Shown here piece after piece: positions 10,528 to 20,762 of a DNA stretch of 64,000 nucleotides. Source of the stretch: Methanotrichaceae archaeon (GTDB taxonomy: Archaea; Halobacteriota; Methanosarcinia; Methanotrichales; Methanotrichaceae); NCBI GenBank assembly GCA_963813075.1, contig CAWEXU010000004.1, positions 288,001-352,000 of the forward strand, in the 5' to 3' direction. Numbering within the stretch: the stretch's first letter is position 1; every line of letters starts with the position of its first letter. Below the pieces are notes generated by a model, which was given only the letters and a program-made list of their open reading frames with translations, made no database searches and was not told the origin of the DNA. The translations under genes were made by a program, and so were the position numbers.

Positions 10528-11634
10528 ATGCGGTTCGGGGTAGAAGAAGAGTTTATAATTGTAAATAAATCAAATTTTTTCCATACACCCGCTGCGCCTA
10601 AAGTCTTATTGAGAATGATCATCAAAGATAAGATATATTTGAATAAATCATCATTGGAAACGCCTCTCGGGCGAGAAAAATATCCGCGAACAAAAGACGA
10701 TTTAATCAAAGGTTTTTCTATTGCAGAGACAAAGACTTCACCTCATGAGGACATAGACTCGTTGAGAGAGGAAATACTGTTCCATAGGTGCAATCTGATG
10801 GATGTCGCTTCAGATCAGAATTTGGCCATACTGCCCACCGGTCTTCATCCTTTTTATTCAAGAGCTACATCTGGCGTAGAAAATTGCGCTGCATTGCATA
10901 TCCATATAGAAGGCTGCAATAAGATTTCTTATCTAAATCTCTTGCGCTTCATTCCTCAAATGATCGCCTTGACTGCAAATTCTCCTTTTATGGAGCGAAG
11001 ATATGTTGGAGCTTGCTCCAGAGCATTAGTGTCTCCATCTATTGGTATTCCTAATGATCATTTCCAAAGAAAGTCAGACCTGATATTCAACAAATTCCTG
11101 AATACCACGGAGTTGAGAGTTTGCGATACTCAGATATTAGTCGAAGACGTTATCGGAGCGGCGGCTACCATAGGTTGCATTTCAAAACTTGATAGCACAA
11201 GAAAAATAGAGCGGTCTGAGCTTAAGCGCATGAGAGATGCTGCAATTATGCGAGGAAAAGAAGGAATTGATCCCGGATATTTATTGGAAGAGATTCAACA
11301 TATTGCGGAAGACCTCTCCCTAATTGATTTAGTAGAGCCTTTCTTCAATCGGAAGACAGGAAGTGAATGGCAACGGCAATGCTTCAAAGAGGGCGGATTT
11401 TCTGCAGTATTGGGTTCACTATGGTCTTCGATGAAAAATAACAAATTAACTTATGAGTCGACTGGAGGGAACGTGGGCAATTCTATTGAAGGACAATGGG
11501 ATCTTTTTTATTTGCTTATTTATGCTCCGTTAATGGGATATAATATCTTAAAGAAGATAAGGCAAGATGATATTATTCATACGACTGACCAATTTGGATT
11601 AAAGAATGAGATGGAAACGGAAATATGGAATTAA
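10528..11634 (+). CDS. Glutamate-cysteine ligase family 2 (GCS2/YbdK-like carboxylate-amine ligase)
   Basis: FGVEEEF, LPTGLHP, ALHIHI, ALTANSPF, TELRVCD. Confidence 0.82.
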   Translation: MRFGVEEEFIIVNKSNFFHTPAAPKVLLRMIIKDKIYLNKSSLETPLGREKYPRTKDDLIKGFSIAETKTSPHEDIDSLREEILFHRCNLMDVASDQNLAILPTGLHPFYSRATSGVENCAALHIHIEGCNKISYLNLLRFIPQMIALTANSPFMERRYVGACSRALVSPSIGIPNDHFQRKSDLIFNKFLNTTELRVCDTQILVEDVIGAAATIGCISKLDSTRKIERSELKRMRDAAIMRGKEGIDPGYLLEEIQHIAEDLSLIDLVEPFFNRKTGSEWQRQCFKEGGFSAVLGSLWSSMKNNKLTYESTGGNVGNSIEGQWDLFYLLIYAPLMGYNILKKIRQDDIIHTTDQFGLKNEMETEIWN

Positions 11635-11825
11635 TGTTTTTTGGTATCGAAAAAACATGAAGCACCGATTCGTAATTGCAGAAATATGCGTAATCCATTT
11701 TGTTTCTGTACCCATAAGTTTAATATTTTCTTCAGTATACAAAGCGGTATCAGCGACCCAAAAATTATCATCATCGAAATCGATCGCGTGTTGCGTTTTT
11801 TTGTATCATCTCCGTTAAACTTTTC

Positions 11826-13129
11826 GGTTCCTCGCTGTTCTGAGTGGGTATGGGGTAAGGTTTAATAATATCATTTCTTGAATTATTATCTGTGGCTCTA
11901 TCTCAAGAAGACCTCTTCAAGCTTGCATTGAATCTACAAGATCCGTGGTATATCAAGTCTATAGAATTCAGCGCTGCTAAAAAGCAACTTGATATTCATA
12001 TTGATTTTATCCCAGGAAGCAGATTCGAATGCTCGAATTGCAAAACTCAGGATAATTGTATTCACGATACAAAGGATAAAGTATGGCGGCATCTCAATTT
12101 TTTCCAATTTAAGGCATTTATCCATGCCAGAGTGCCACGCACAGTCTGCCAGAAATGTGGTTCGATCAGATTGATTGATGTTCCATGGGCTAGGAAGAGT
12201 ACCGGTTTTACATTGCTAATGGATGCCATGATACTGCTTTTTGCCCAGAACATGCCAGTTAATGACGTAGCTGAAATATTAGATGAACATGATACGCGGA
12301 TCTGGAGGGTTTTGTCGTATTATATTCCTGAAGCTAGATCTAATGAAGATCATTCTCAAGTAAAAATATTGGGCGTAGATGAAACATCATGTGCCAAATT
12401 CCATAAATATGTATCTCTATTCGTTGATCTAGAAGATAATAAAGTTCTTTACGTATGCGAGGGCAAGGACGCAAGCGTCATCAGCTCATTCAAAAAAGAC
12501 CTTGAGGCTCATGATGGAGCATCAGAAAATATTGAGATGTTCTGTTCGGACATGTCTCCTGCATTCATATCAGGTATAACGGAACAATTTCCAGGATCGT
12601 CTCTTACTTTTGATAAATTCCATGTTATGAAGATGGTCAATGAAGCAGTAGATCAAGTGCGTCGCGAGGAGCAGCACCAGAATGCAGAATTAAAAAGTAC
12701 TCGCTATATGTGGCTAAAGAACCCAAGTGACCTTTCTTTGGCTGAAAAAGAAAAGTTGGGATCTCTTAAAGACATGAATTTGATGACATCTAAAGCATAC
12801 AATTTCAAACTTAGTTTGAAAGACTTTTGGACTTTTAATGATAAGATCCTTGCTGAAGATTTCCTCAAGAAATGGTATTATTGGGCAACACACAGCCAAA
12901 TAGAACCTATCATTAATGTTGCTAAAACCATTAAGTCACATTGGACTGGCGTAATAAATTATGCAGAAACTAAAATATCCAACGGCGTGCTGGAAGGAAT
13001 AAATAGCATGGTTCAATCCGCAAAGAGCAGTGCAAGAGGGTTCAGAACAACTAAAAATCTCATATTAATTATATATCTGAGACTTGGAAAATTGCAGTTC
13101 AATCTACCCACTTGAAATAGCGAAGAACC
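11826..13129 (+). mobile_element. Complete ISL3-family element (1304 bp), copy 1
   Basis: Ends GGTTCCTCGCT...AGCGAAGAACC; 8-bp target duplication AACTTTTC at 11818-11825 and 13130-13137. Confidence 0.95.
11892..13115 (+). CDS. ISL3-family transposase
   Basis: Zn-finger CxxC pairs, GVDET, CSDMS, FDKFHV, SNGVLEGINS. Confidence 0.95.
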   Translation: MALSQEDLFKLALNLQDPWYIKSIEFSAAKKQLDIHIDFIPGSRFECSNCKTQDNCIHDTKDKVWRHLNFFQFKAFIHARVPRTVCQKCGSIRLIDVPWARKSTGFTLLMDAMILLFAQNMPVNDVAEILDEHDTRIWRVLSYYIPEARSNEDHSQVKILGVDETSCAKFHKYVSLFVDLEDNKVLYVCEGKDASVISSFKKDLEAHDGASENIEMFCSDMSPAFISGITEQFPGSSLTFDKFHVMKMVNEAVDQVRREEQHQNAELKSTRYMWLKNPSDLSLAEKEKLGSLKDMNLMTSKAYNFKLSLKDFWTFNDKILAEDFLKKWYYWATHSQIEPIINVAKTIKSHWTGVINYAETKISNGVLEGINSMVQSAKSSARGFRTTKNLILIIYLRLGKLQFNLPT

Positions 13130-13545
13130 AACTTTTCTTGTCAGATTTGTTTCCAGAGTAAGCTTCAGCGAAGAGAGGCAATCCAAACTGATTTGTAACC
13201 ATGCCGAGGGACGAACAAGATTGGACATCCATCTCCATGCTGCTTCCCTTCCAGGAAAGAAGCTGTAGCTGCTGTTAAATAATCTTTCCCATTTTAATCA
13301 TCGGCTATTTCTTGGATTATTTATGCGAAGTGCGGAATGTGGGACACAGCATCTCCTTTGAGAGTTAAGGCGTCCAAGGATTCTCATAAATGATTTTATG
13401 CTTATTGAGTATCACCAGTTACCAATACTTTTTCCATACTATTCATCTTCCCTTTGCTTAAGGAATAAGAAATATATCCAAACCACTTATGAGGATAGAT
13501 ACGGCTTCACACATGTATTTTTGCATTAAACCATATACTAAAATC

Positions 13546-14562
13546 CTATTGGAAATAATCTAATACTTTAGGAATTAATTCCTCTCTGTAGAATTTAATT
13601 TGAGTTAAATTAATTTTGTCTAATTTTATCGGAATAACCTCTCGATTTACTTTAATAAGAGGCTTATAATTATTACTTTTAATGCCAACTGCTTCGAGTT
13701 CACATCCTAGGATATTTATCATAATCTTATTAATGAAATCAGAAATTGAAACACGTGATAAAATGCGAGATATTTCTACGTAGCTCTTGCGTTTAATTTT
13801 GAGGTTATATGTTACGTTATTCATTAAAGTGACATACTCATTAGATGTACGAAAATGATGAGATATTCCTATTTTTTTTGCGCGGTTAATCCTTGCAATA
13901 AATAATTTTAGCAATGACGACACGCAAGGCTCTTTAATTATAATTAGTCCATTTGGAGCGCAAACTCTCCACATTTCATCTATTAGGGATGATGGGTCAT
14001 TGATGTGATGGAGGGTTTCCTTGCAGAATACTATATCGAATGACTGGTTTTTTAAAGGTAGCACGGTGCAATCGGCAATTATCCGCTCAAAATGGTAATC
14101 TCTTGCTACGTTATCAGATGCAAAAATAAATTCTGGACATAGCTCAATAGCTGCTACGCTGTATCCCTTATTTGCAAACTGCCGGGCCTGAAAACATCCC
14201 CAACCCGATCCAATATCTAGAACACTTTTTCGCTGAGAGGAATTATTGTCAAAAGACTCTATGTATTCGATAAGTTTAGTTCCTTGTTTGGCGCTAGTCT
14301 CTGCAAAATGTTGATGTTCTATAATATCATTAGCTTCAAAGGTCCATTTGTTTTCTGCATTGATCTCATTTGCACGCTCTTCTTTATCCATGAGTTTCAG
14401 GCCAAAAACAGGAACTCCGTCTTCAATATCAAAATCTAATTGACAATTTGAGCAATTAAGGGTTCCGTTTATTATATTCTCTGCATCATACTTTATTTCA
14501 TTTAATTTAAGTGCTCCTAAACAACGTGGACATGACAAAACGTCCAAAAATTTTCTTTTCAT
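13546..14562 (-). CDS. Class I SAM-dependent methyltransferase with N-terminal Trm112-like Zn domain
   Basis: LDVLSCPRC...LNCSNC...FDIEDGVP; VLDIGSGWG; SFDIVFCKETLHH. Confidence 0.85.
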   Translation of the reverse strand: MKRKFLDVLSCPRCLGALKLNEIKYDAENIINGTLNCSNCQLDFDIEDGVPVFGLKLMDKEERANEINAENKWTFEANDIIEHQHFAETSAKQGTKLIEYIESFDNNSSQRKSVLDIGSGWGCFQARQFANKGYSVAAIELCPEFIFASDNVARDYHFERIIADCTVLPLKNQSFDIVFCKETLHHINDPSSLIDEMWRVCAPNGLIIIKEPCVSSLLKLFIARINRAKKIGISHHFRTSNEYVTLMNNVTYNLKIKRKSYVEISRILSRVSISDFINKIMINILGCELEAVGIKSNNYKPLIKVNREVIPIKLDKINLTQIKFYREELIPKVLDYFQ

Positions 14563-15638
14563 GATGTATTGATATTATTCAGTCTATATAGCATTGGCGC
14601 CCAAACTCATCAAATGTGTAGTCCCAAATGTTTGAACTTATATACTCCTGCCCGCAAATTATATTTCTTGTTAACCATTTAATTCATTCTCCATCCTTAC
14701 AATGGATTCGAGTATTTGTTAGAGATACGGAAAGAGGGGAGCTCTGGACATAAATTGCATCTCTTCCAGTGTATCCTCGGGAATATGGTCTTCCAGGAAG
14801 ACTACAGCTTCTGATCTTAAGACGAGATGAAGACGCTAAAAATATCTTTCGACAAGGTTCTTATGCATTGAGAATCATTCCTTCCTAATTTTTTTATTTT
14901 TATTAAGTATAGATTAGCTGATTTAAGAGAAATACCTTATCCCAATTAGATATGGTAGTCTATAGAGCGCTATTATAGCTATTAACATTAGATATTATAT
15001 TGTATATGCAATTTTAAGAAATCAATATACTGAGATCAATTTACGAATTCGTTAACATAACTACGTATTCGTAGTTCAGATGCTAGTTTCCATAAGACAT
15101 TTATTTAATGAAGCTCTGGTAGAAATGAGTTTAGCCTGTTCCTGATTAGAGAATCCAAGCTCCGCATCATGAAAATTCGGCCAAACGACTACAGCTAGTT
15201 GCTGAATTGATCCCTCTTCAATCTCATCGAAGACGTTGGTGGCGAAAAGTCATCAATAATGATAAGAGGTGCTAGCTTTCATAGCGGAAGCTATTGAGAA
15301 ATATGCAATGCTAGAGCTGGTGAGACGAGTCCTATTGCGATACCTCCGAGTCTACCATTGTTTCCGGTTTAGATGCCTAAGCGATGACCTGGAAGCTATT
15401 GCGTATCGATATCAAATCTATGACGAATCAGGGCCTGTGTATCTTATCAATCATCTTCATAGGCCTTTAAATATAAGATGCTCTAATTTAATATAGCAGT
15501 TGCTCCGAAAAAAAGGCAACCAGATCAAGGAAAGTGCGCCAAGAAGACTGATGAGCAACCATAGTATTAATTGATGTGATGATACGAGGATATGCTAGTT
15601 ATTGTGCCACCTATAAAAAATTATGCTGCCATTTGTAT

Positions 15639-15834
15639 ATTCTTGGGGCTAATTGGATATTAGGGTGAGAGAATAGGCTGCAATGTCCTCTGCAACCGGC
15701 AGAACGCAGAATGTTGCGACGGCTGTATTGATGAGTCAACCGGTCCCCGCGGGGACCGAAGTGATCGACAGCTTAATGGAATAGGGAGGTTGAAGCTCCC
15801 AATGGAATCAGAGCTCTCAACTAAGCCCGAGAAT
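15639..15834 (+). ncRNA. Structured non-coding segment, candidate IS110 left-end RNA
   Basis: Closing imperfect stem 15639-15655/15818-15834; perfect 18-bp palindrome 15741-15758; GCTGT/ACAGC and GGGAG/CTCCC stems. Confidence 0.4.
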
Positions 15835-15901
15835 CCATTTCCATAATTGTAGTATTAGCGTAATTTCAATCGCTAAATCCGAGGGGGAAGACATATTTCT
15901 T

Positions 15902-17200
15902 GGCTCCTCGCTATTTTCTGTGGGTAGCAGGGTAAACCTTTATAGTAACTCCTACTAGAAAATGTGCTGTGTCGATCTCACATGAAGACCTCTTTAAAAT
16001 CGCATTGAATCTCGAACATCCCTGGTACATCACGTTAATAGATTTTAGTGCCGAAGGTAAGCAACTCGATATCCATGTAGATTTCAAATCAGGCAGCAAA
16101 TTTCCTTGCGCAAAATGCGGCAAACCAGAGCTGCAACGTGCATGATACTATCGAAAGAACCTGGCGTCACTTGAACTTCTTTCAGTTTAAAACCTACATC
16201 CATTGCCGCGTTCCTCGCACGGAATGCAAAGACTGCGGAGTAAAACAGGTTAAGGTTCCTTGGGCCAGAAAAGGCAGCGGATTCACTCTGCTTATGGATT
16301 CACTGATCGTCTTGATGGCTCAGCATATGACTGTGACTGTGATTGCTGAGATGATCGACGAACATGATACTCGAATATGGCGGGTTCTAGAACACTATGT
16401 TATGGAAGCAAGATCTAATGAAGATTTTTCAGAGATTAAATCAGTAGGCGTAGATGAAACGTCAAGGGCGAAGGACATAAGTATGTTTCTGTATTTATAG
16501 ACCTTGATAAATCAAAAGTAGTAAATGTATGTGAAGGAAAAGATGCCTCAACCATTGAGTCATTCAAGAACGATTTAGAGCAGCACAAAGGATCTAGCGA
16601 GAATATCGATAATTTTTGTTGCGACATGTCGCCTGCATTTATATCTGGAATAGCGAATAGTTTTCCCAATGCATCAATAACCTTTGACAAGTTTCATGTG
16701 ATGAAGCTCATGAATGAGGCAATCGATAAATTTAGGCGAGAAGAGCAATCTCATAACATTCTGCTAAAAAGGACAAGATACCTCTGGCTAAAGAATCCTG
16801 AAAACCTTACGATCAGGCAAAATGAAACGTTCGGATCTCTCAAAGATCTTAGACTCAAGACATTAAGAGCCTATAACATCAAACTGGCCCTTCGCGATTT
16901 CTGGAATCAAGATCCACATTCGGCAGAAGGCTATCTCAAATGATGGTATTTCTGGGCAACACACAGCGGACTCAATGCGGTAATCGATTGCGCTAAAACC
17001 ATAAAGCAGCACTGGAATGGGATAACTAATTATATTAAAACTAAAATCAATAATGAGATCTTGGAAGGAACTAATAGTCTCATTCAAGCAGCAAAGGATA
17101 GTGCAAGAGGCTTCAGGTCAATAAAGAATTTTATTATTACTATTTATCTTAGGATGGGAAAACTCGAATTCAATTTACCCACATGAAACAGCGAAGAGCA
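15902..17200 (+). mobile_element. Degenerate ISL3-family element (frameshifts and internal stop)
   Basis: Left end GGCTCCTCGCT, right end CCCACATGAAACAGCGAAGAGC; ORF pieces 16138-16500 and 16626-16943 homologous to 11892-13115. Confidence 0.9.
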
Positions 17201-17349
17201 TTAAATTGTAACCTTAACTCCGCTGTTTAGGGAATAAATTAAGTCCCAATTTTTTATCTAGCTTTTCTAATTTCGATAGATCAGCAATGTGAAATTCAAC
17301 TGCGTAACTCTTAATATAAAAACAATTAAGAGTTTAAGGTGGTCCATAT

Positions 17350-18069
17350 ATGATCAAGATTGAGTTCAAGAGGTTAATATTTAATGTTGCAGAAATATGG
17401 TTTAGCGATCATATATATGATGTTGAAGGGTATAGCCACGTGATATTTAGACGATGTAGGCCCCAGGAGAAATATTCAGGATTCACTTGCCAAGAAGAAA
17501 TTACCTCCGTAATAGATTTAACATCGGATTTAGATACCATATGGAAAAATATGAAAAACGATTCAAGGAGACCTATTAAAAGAGCCACGGAGGCTGGCGT
17601 TGTAATTAAATGCAATCAAAATTTCGATGAATTTTATGAAATATACAGAATTCACCAAAGGAAAAAGAAATATCATGTAATTCCATATCATAAACCATCT
17701 TTAAAGAAGGCTGGTACATTGTTTACCGCAGAGCTCAATGGCGAAGTTCTCGGCGGTGATATTTTTATCGAAGACCAGAATCATATGCTCGGGCACACAG
17801 GTGCCTCAAAAATAATCGATAATGATAAACGTCTTAATACTTTGAAAGGAAATGCAAGCCATCTGATTATCTGGGAGGCTATGAAATATGCAAAAGAAAA
17901 GGGGATTAAAAAATTTGATATGGGCGGATTATATACGGATTCGCTAAATTCGTTCAAAGAAAGTTTTGGTGGAAAACGTGTCTTTTACTATGCCTATTCT
18001 AAAGACTATGATACGAGCTACAAATTGGCAGCCTACGTCGGTCGACAATTTTATAGATTGCGCCAGTAG
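17350..18069 (+). CDS. GNAT-fold FemAB-like / acetyltransferase family protein
   Basis: SVIDLTSDLDTIWKNMK..RRPIKRA; LIIWEAMKYAKEKGIKKFDMGG; FKESFGG. Confidence 0.8.
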   Translation: MIKIEFKRLIFNVAEIWFSDHIYDVEGYSHVIFRRCRPQEKYSGFTCQEEITSVIDLTSDLDTIWKNMKNDSRRPIKRATEAGVVIKCNQNFDEFYEIYRIHQRKKKYHVIPYHKPSLKKAGTLFTAELNGEVLGGDIFIEDQNHMLGHTGASKIIDNDKRLNTLKGNASHLIIWEAMKYAKEKGIKKFDMGGLYTDSLNSFKESFGGKRVFYYAYSKDYDTSYKLAAYVGRQFYRLRQ

Positions 18070-18274
18070 AGAAATGATGTGTTAGCACTATGGTACTATG
18101 ACTTATATTTTCTACAGATATCTCATATGAGCGGTCATATTGCTGCAATGACAGTCGAAAGAGGTCGAATTAGGATGATTATTATCTCGCCGGTTTCTTT
18201 CTTTTCCGTTGAGCCACGCGAAGAGAAAAATGACTGTGCCAAATTAAGGCCAAACTCTAAGGGGTTTTGAAAAA

Positions 18275-18784
18275 TTGAAGATTTGCCTGATGGGCGCATT
18301 TGGAGTTTTTATGAGATTCGTGCTCCACCTTTTGGCCAGATTTGCTCCGATAGGAAGACACCGGGTTATTTTTTATAAAATGATGGGGGTAAGAATCATG
18401 GGGGACGTTAGTATATCTGGTAATGTCTGGATTGATGAATATGCCCCAAAACGAATCTCAATTGAGAATGATGTAAATATCGCACCTGGAGTCATAATTG
18501 TTGCTCACCAAGGTCCTGGAAAATTTCTAAGAGATTCAGAGTATCCATTTTGCGAAAAGGAGGTTTTAATAAAGGAAGGCTCATGGATAGGGGCAGGAGC
18601 GATAATTCTTCCCGGTGTAACCATAGGCAAATTTTGCGTTGTTGCTGCTGGGTCTGTTGTGCTGAAAGATGTGCCGAATAATACACTAGTTGCTGGGGTG
18701 CCAGCAAGAATCAAAAAAACCATCTCTAAATCTGTTGGAGAGACTGCAGAAGTATCGGAGAGAAGCTCTGACCTTCATGTATGA
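18275..18784 (+). CDS. Hexapeptide-repeat sugar O-acyltransferase; C-terminus runs into IS66 remnant
   Basis: WIGAGAIILPGVTIGKFCVVAAGSVVLKDVP..VAGVPAR. Confidence 0.88.
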   Translation: MKICLMGAFGVFMRFVLHLLARFAPIGRHRVIFYKMMGVRIMGDVSISGNVWIDEYAPKRISIENDVNIAPGVIIVAHQGPGKFLRDSEYPFCEKEVLIKEGSWIGAGAIILPGVTIGKFCVVAAGSVVLKDVPNNTLVAGVPARIKKTISKSVGETAEVSERSSDLHV

Positions 18785-19050
18785 CTTTGAGGTTCCATTT
18801 GACAACAATCTGGCGGAGAGGGATATAAGAATGATGAAAGTCCAGCAAAAAATATCTGGCACCTTTAGAAGTTGGGAGGAGGCCAGGATTTTTTGCCGCA
18901 TTAGAGGGTATATCTCTACGGTCAAAAAGAACTCAATTTCAGTTATCGACGCGATTCAAGGTGCCTTTGAAGGGAAGCCGTTCGTTCCTGTAAGAACTTT
19001 GATTGCAGTCTGAATTCTTCATGATTTAGAGGGTATGGCTGAATAGTTAC
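18705..19050 (+). mobile_element. 3' fragment of a second IS66-type element with right end
   Basis: VPFDNNLAERDIRMMKVQQKISGTFRS; ends GGCTGAATAGTTAC. Confidence 0.85.
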
Positions 19051-19125
19051 GAATTTTATTATTACTATTTATCTTAGGACAGGAAAACTCGAATTCAATC
19101 TACCCACATGAAACGGCGAAGGGCC
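19051..19125 (+). mobile_element. Isolated ISL3 right end
   Basis: Near copy of 17126-17200. Confidence 0.85.
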
Positions 19126-19440
19126 GATGAATTTAAGGTTAAAGAGATTCTTCCAGAGGATCTTGGCAAGGTGCGGAAAGAATAATATTGCAGCCGTTGC
19201 GCTGGCCAGAAAAGTGCTGTGCATTCTCCATCATTTGCTTATTAATCACGAGAATTATCAAGAGCCAGATGTCAAGAAAACCAAACCAGAAATACCCAAC
19301 TCTGTTTCGCCATAAGCATGATGGATATCGACGAGATGATAAAAATCATCAGTCAGTCAGGATACTTGGTGGAGAAAGACTTGAAGGAGGGATGCAGTTG
19401 AACTGCAGCATCTTGTTTTTTTAAGTTTTTCATGTGGAGG
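19126..19440 (+). pseudogene. IS110-family transposase C-terminal remnant
   Basis: LKRFFQRILARCGKNNIAAVALARKVLCILHHLL, then after a frameshift MDIDEMIKIISQSGYLVEK. Confidence 0.75.
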
Positions 19441-19709
19441 CACAGAGTTCACAGAGACGCGATATTTTCCTTATTTCTCTTTCCAGCATCCCAAAAGCTG
19501 AGCAAGTGCTTCTCGGACAAATAGTCGTCTCCGTTCGTTCGTCCTCCTTCGCGCTCTGTGACTCTTTGGTTTCATTACTGTAAACCACCAGGGTTTAGTT
19601 ATCAGATAACAAGCCCAGCATAGCGAAAAGCGCATGCAATCCCAGGTCCGCGGAGCATTCCCAAAAATTTGATTATCATATCCAGAATTCCAATTAGAGG
19701 TATAAAGAA

Positions 19710-20609
19710 ATGATGAAGGCATTGGTGACGGGCGGAGCAGGCTTCATAGGCTCCAACCTGGTAGAGGCAATTGTAGACAGGTACGAGGTAACTGTACTGG
19801 ATAATTTCCATACGGGAAGCATGGACAATCTTGATTCAGTAAAAAAGGATGTTAAAGTGATTAAAGGATCATGCAATGACTGTCTAACCCTAAACCTCAA
19901 TCCAGATGTGATATTTCACCTGGGTATTCCTTCCTCATCACCCATGTACAAGGCAAATCCTCTTCTAGTGGGAGAGGCGATTAACGACATGATGGCAATC
20001 ATGGAGCTGGCCAAAAGGAGCAATACCGCAAAGGTTGTATTTGCCTCCTCTTCCTCCCTCTACAACGGCCTTCCTACTCCGCATAAAGAGACAGCGTCCA
20101 TACTTGTCACCGATTATTACACGGAAGCCCGGCTCGCCATTGAAAGAATAGCAGAGCTGTATAACCAGCTCTATGGCGTCGATTATGCAGCGCTGCGCTT
20201 CTTCTCGGTCTACGGGCCACATGAATTGGCCAAGGGATCTTATGCCAACATGATCTCGCAGTTCCTGTGGACCATGCAGGAGGGAAAGGCACCGGTCATC
20301 TTTGGCGATGGGACACAGACACGCGACTTCATCTTTGTTAAAGATGTAACGACCGCCATGATCATGGCCGCCGAGAAGGGGACGGGCGTGTTTAACCTGG
20401 GCACGGGAAAGTCCTATAGCTTCAACTATGTGGCCGATCTGCTGAACAAAAAGCTGGGGACGAACTTGAAGCCGGTGTATAAGGAAAATCCAATCAAAAA
20501 TTATGTGAAGGACACGCTTGCAGATACCAACAAGATGAAAGAGCACTTGGGCTTCGAGGCTAAGTGGTCGCTGGAATCTGGATTAAATGAAACCATGCGG
20601 CAGGGGTGA
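19710..20609 (+). CDS. NAD-dependent sugar-nucleotide epimerase/dehydratase
   Basis: GGAGFIGS, FASSSSLY, LRFFSVYGP, GDGTQTRDF. Confidence 0.93.
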   Translation: MMKALVTGGAGFIGSNLVEAIVDRYEVTVLDNFHTGSMDNLDSVKKDVKVIKGSCNDCLTLNLNPDVIFHLGIPSSSPMYKANPLLVGEAINDMMAIMELAKRSNTAKVVFASSSSLYNGLPTPHKETASILVTDYYTEARLAIERIAELYNQLYGVDYAALRFFSVYGPHELAKGSYANMISQFLWTMQEGKAPVIFGDGTQTRDFIFVKDVTTAMIMAAEKGTGVFNLGTGKSYSFNYVADLLNKKLGTNLKPVYKENPIKNYVKDTLADTNKMKEHLGFEAKWSLESGLNETMRQG

Positions 20610-20762
20610 ATGTCGCTCTTGCCTTCATGCCCTTCGATTTTGGCCTTTAGCCCGTGAGTCATTTCATCAACCGAAAAGCCTAGACAATTGCTTTCAGGAA
20701 AGATTTGCCATGAGTCCAAACATATGCAAGCCCGAGAGATTAACCCCTGGGATTTACGATTT

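Larger units (their letters stand above)
11632..13270 (-). pseudogene. IS1634-like transposase remnant interrupted by ISL3
   Basis: With ISL3 removed the minus strand reads LGMVTNQFGLPLFAEAYSGNKSDKKSLTEMIQK, then after a frameshift FWVADTALYTEENIKLMGTETKWIT. Confidence 0.7.

Noticed and set aside
14600..15550. Short ORFs and possible IS debris in the AT-rich spacer
   Set aside because: Could not assign any family or ends with confidence
15725..15765. Hammerhead ribozyme (TGATGAG...GAA)
   Set aside because: Core reads TTGATGA and GAAG instead of CTGANGA and GAAA, and stem II spacing does not fit
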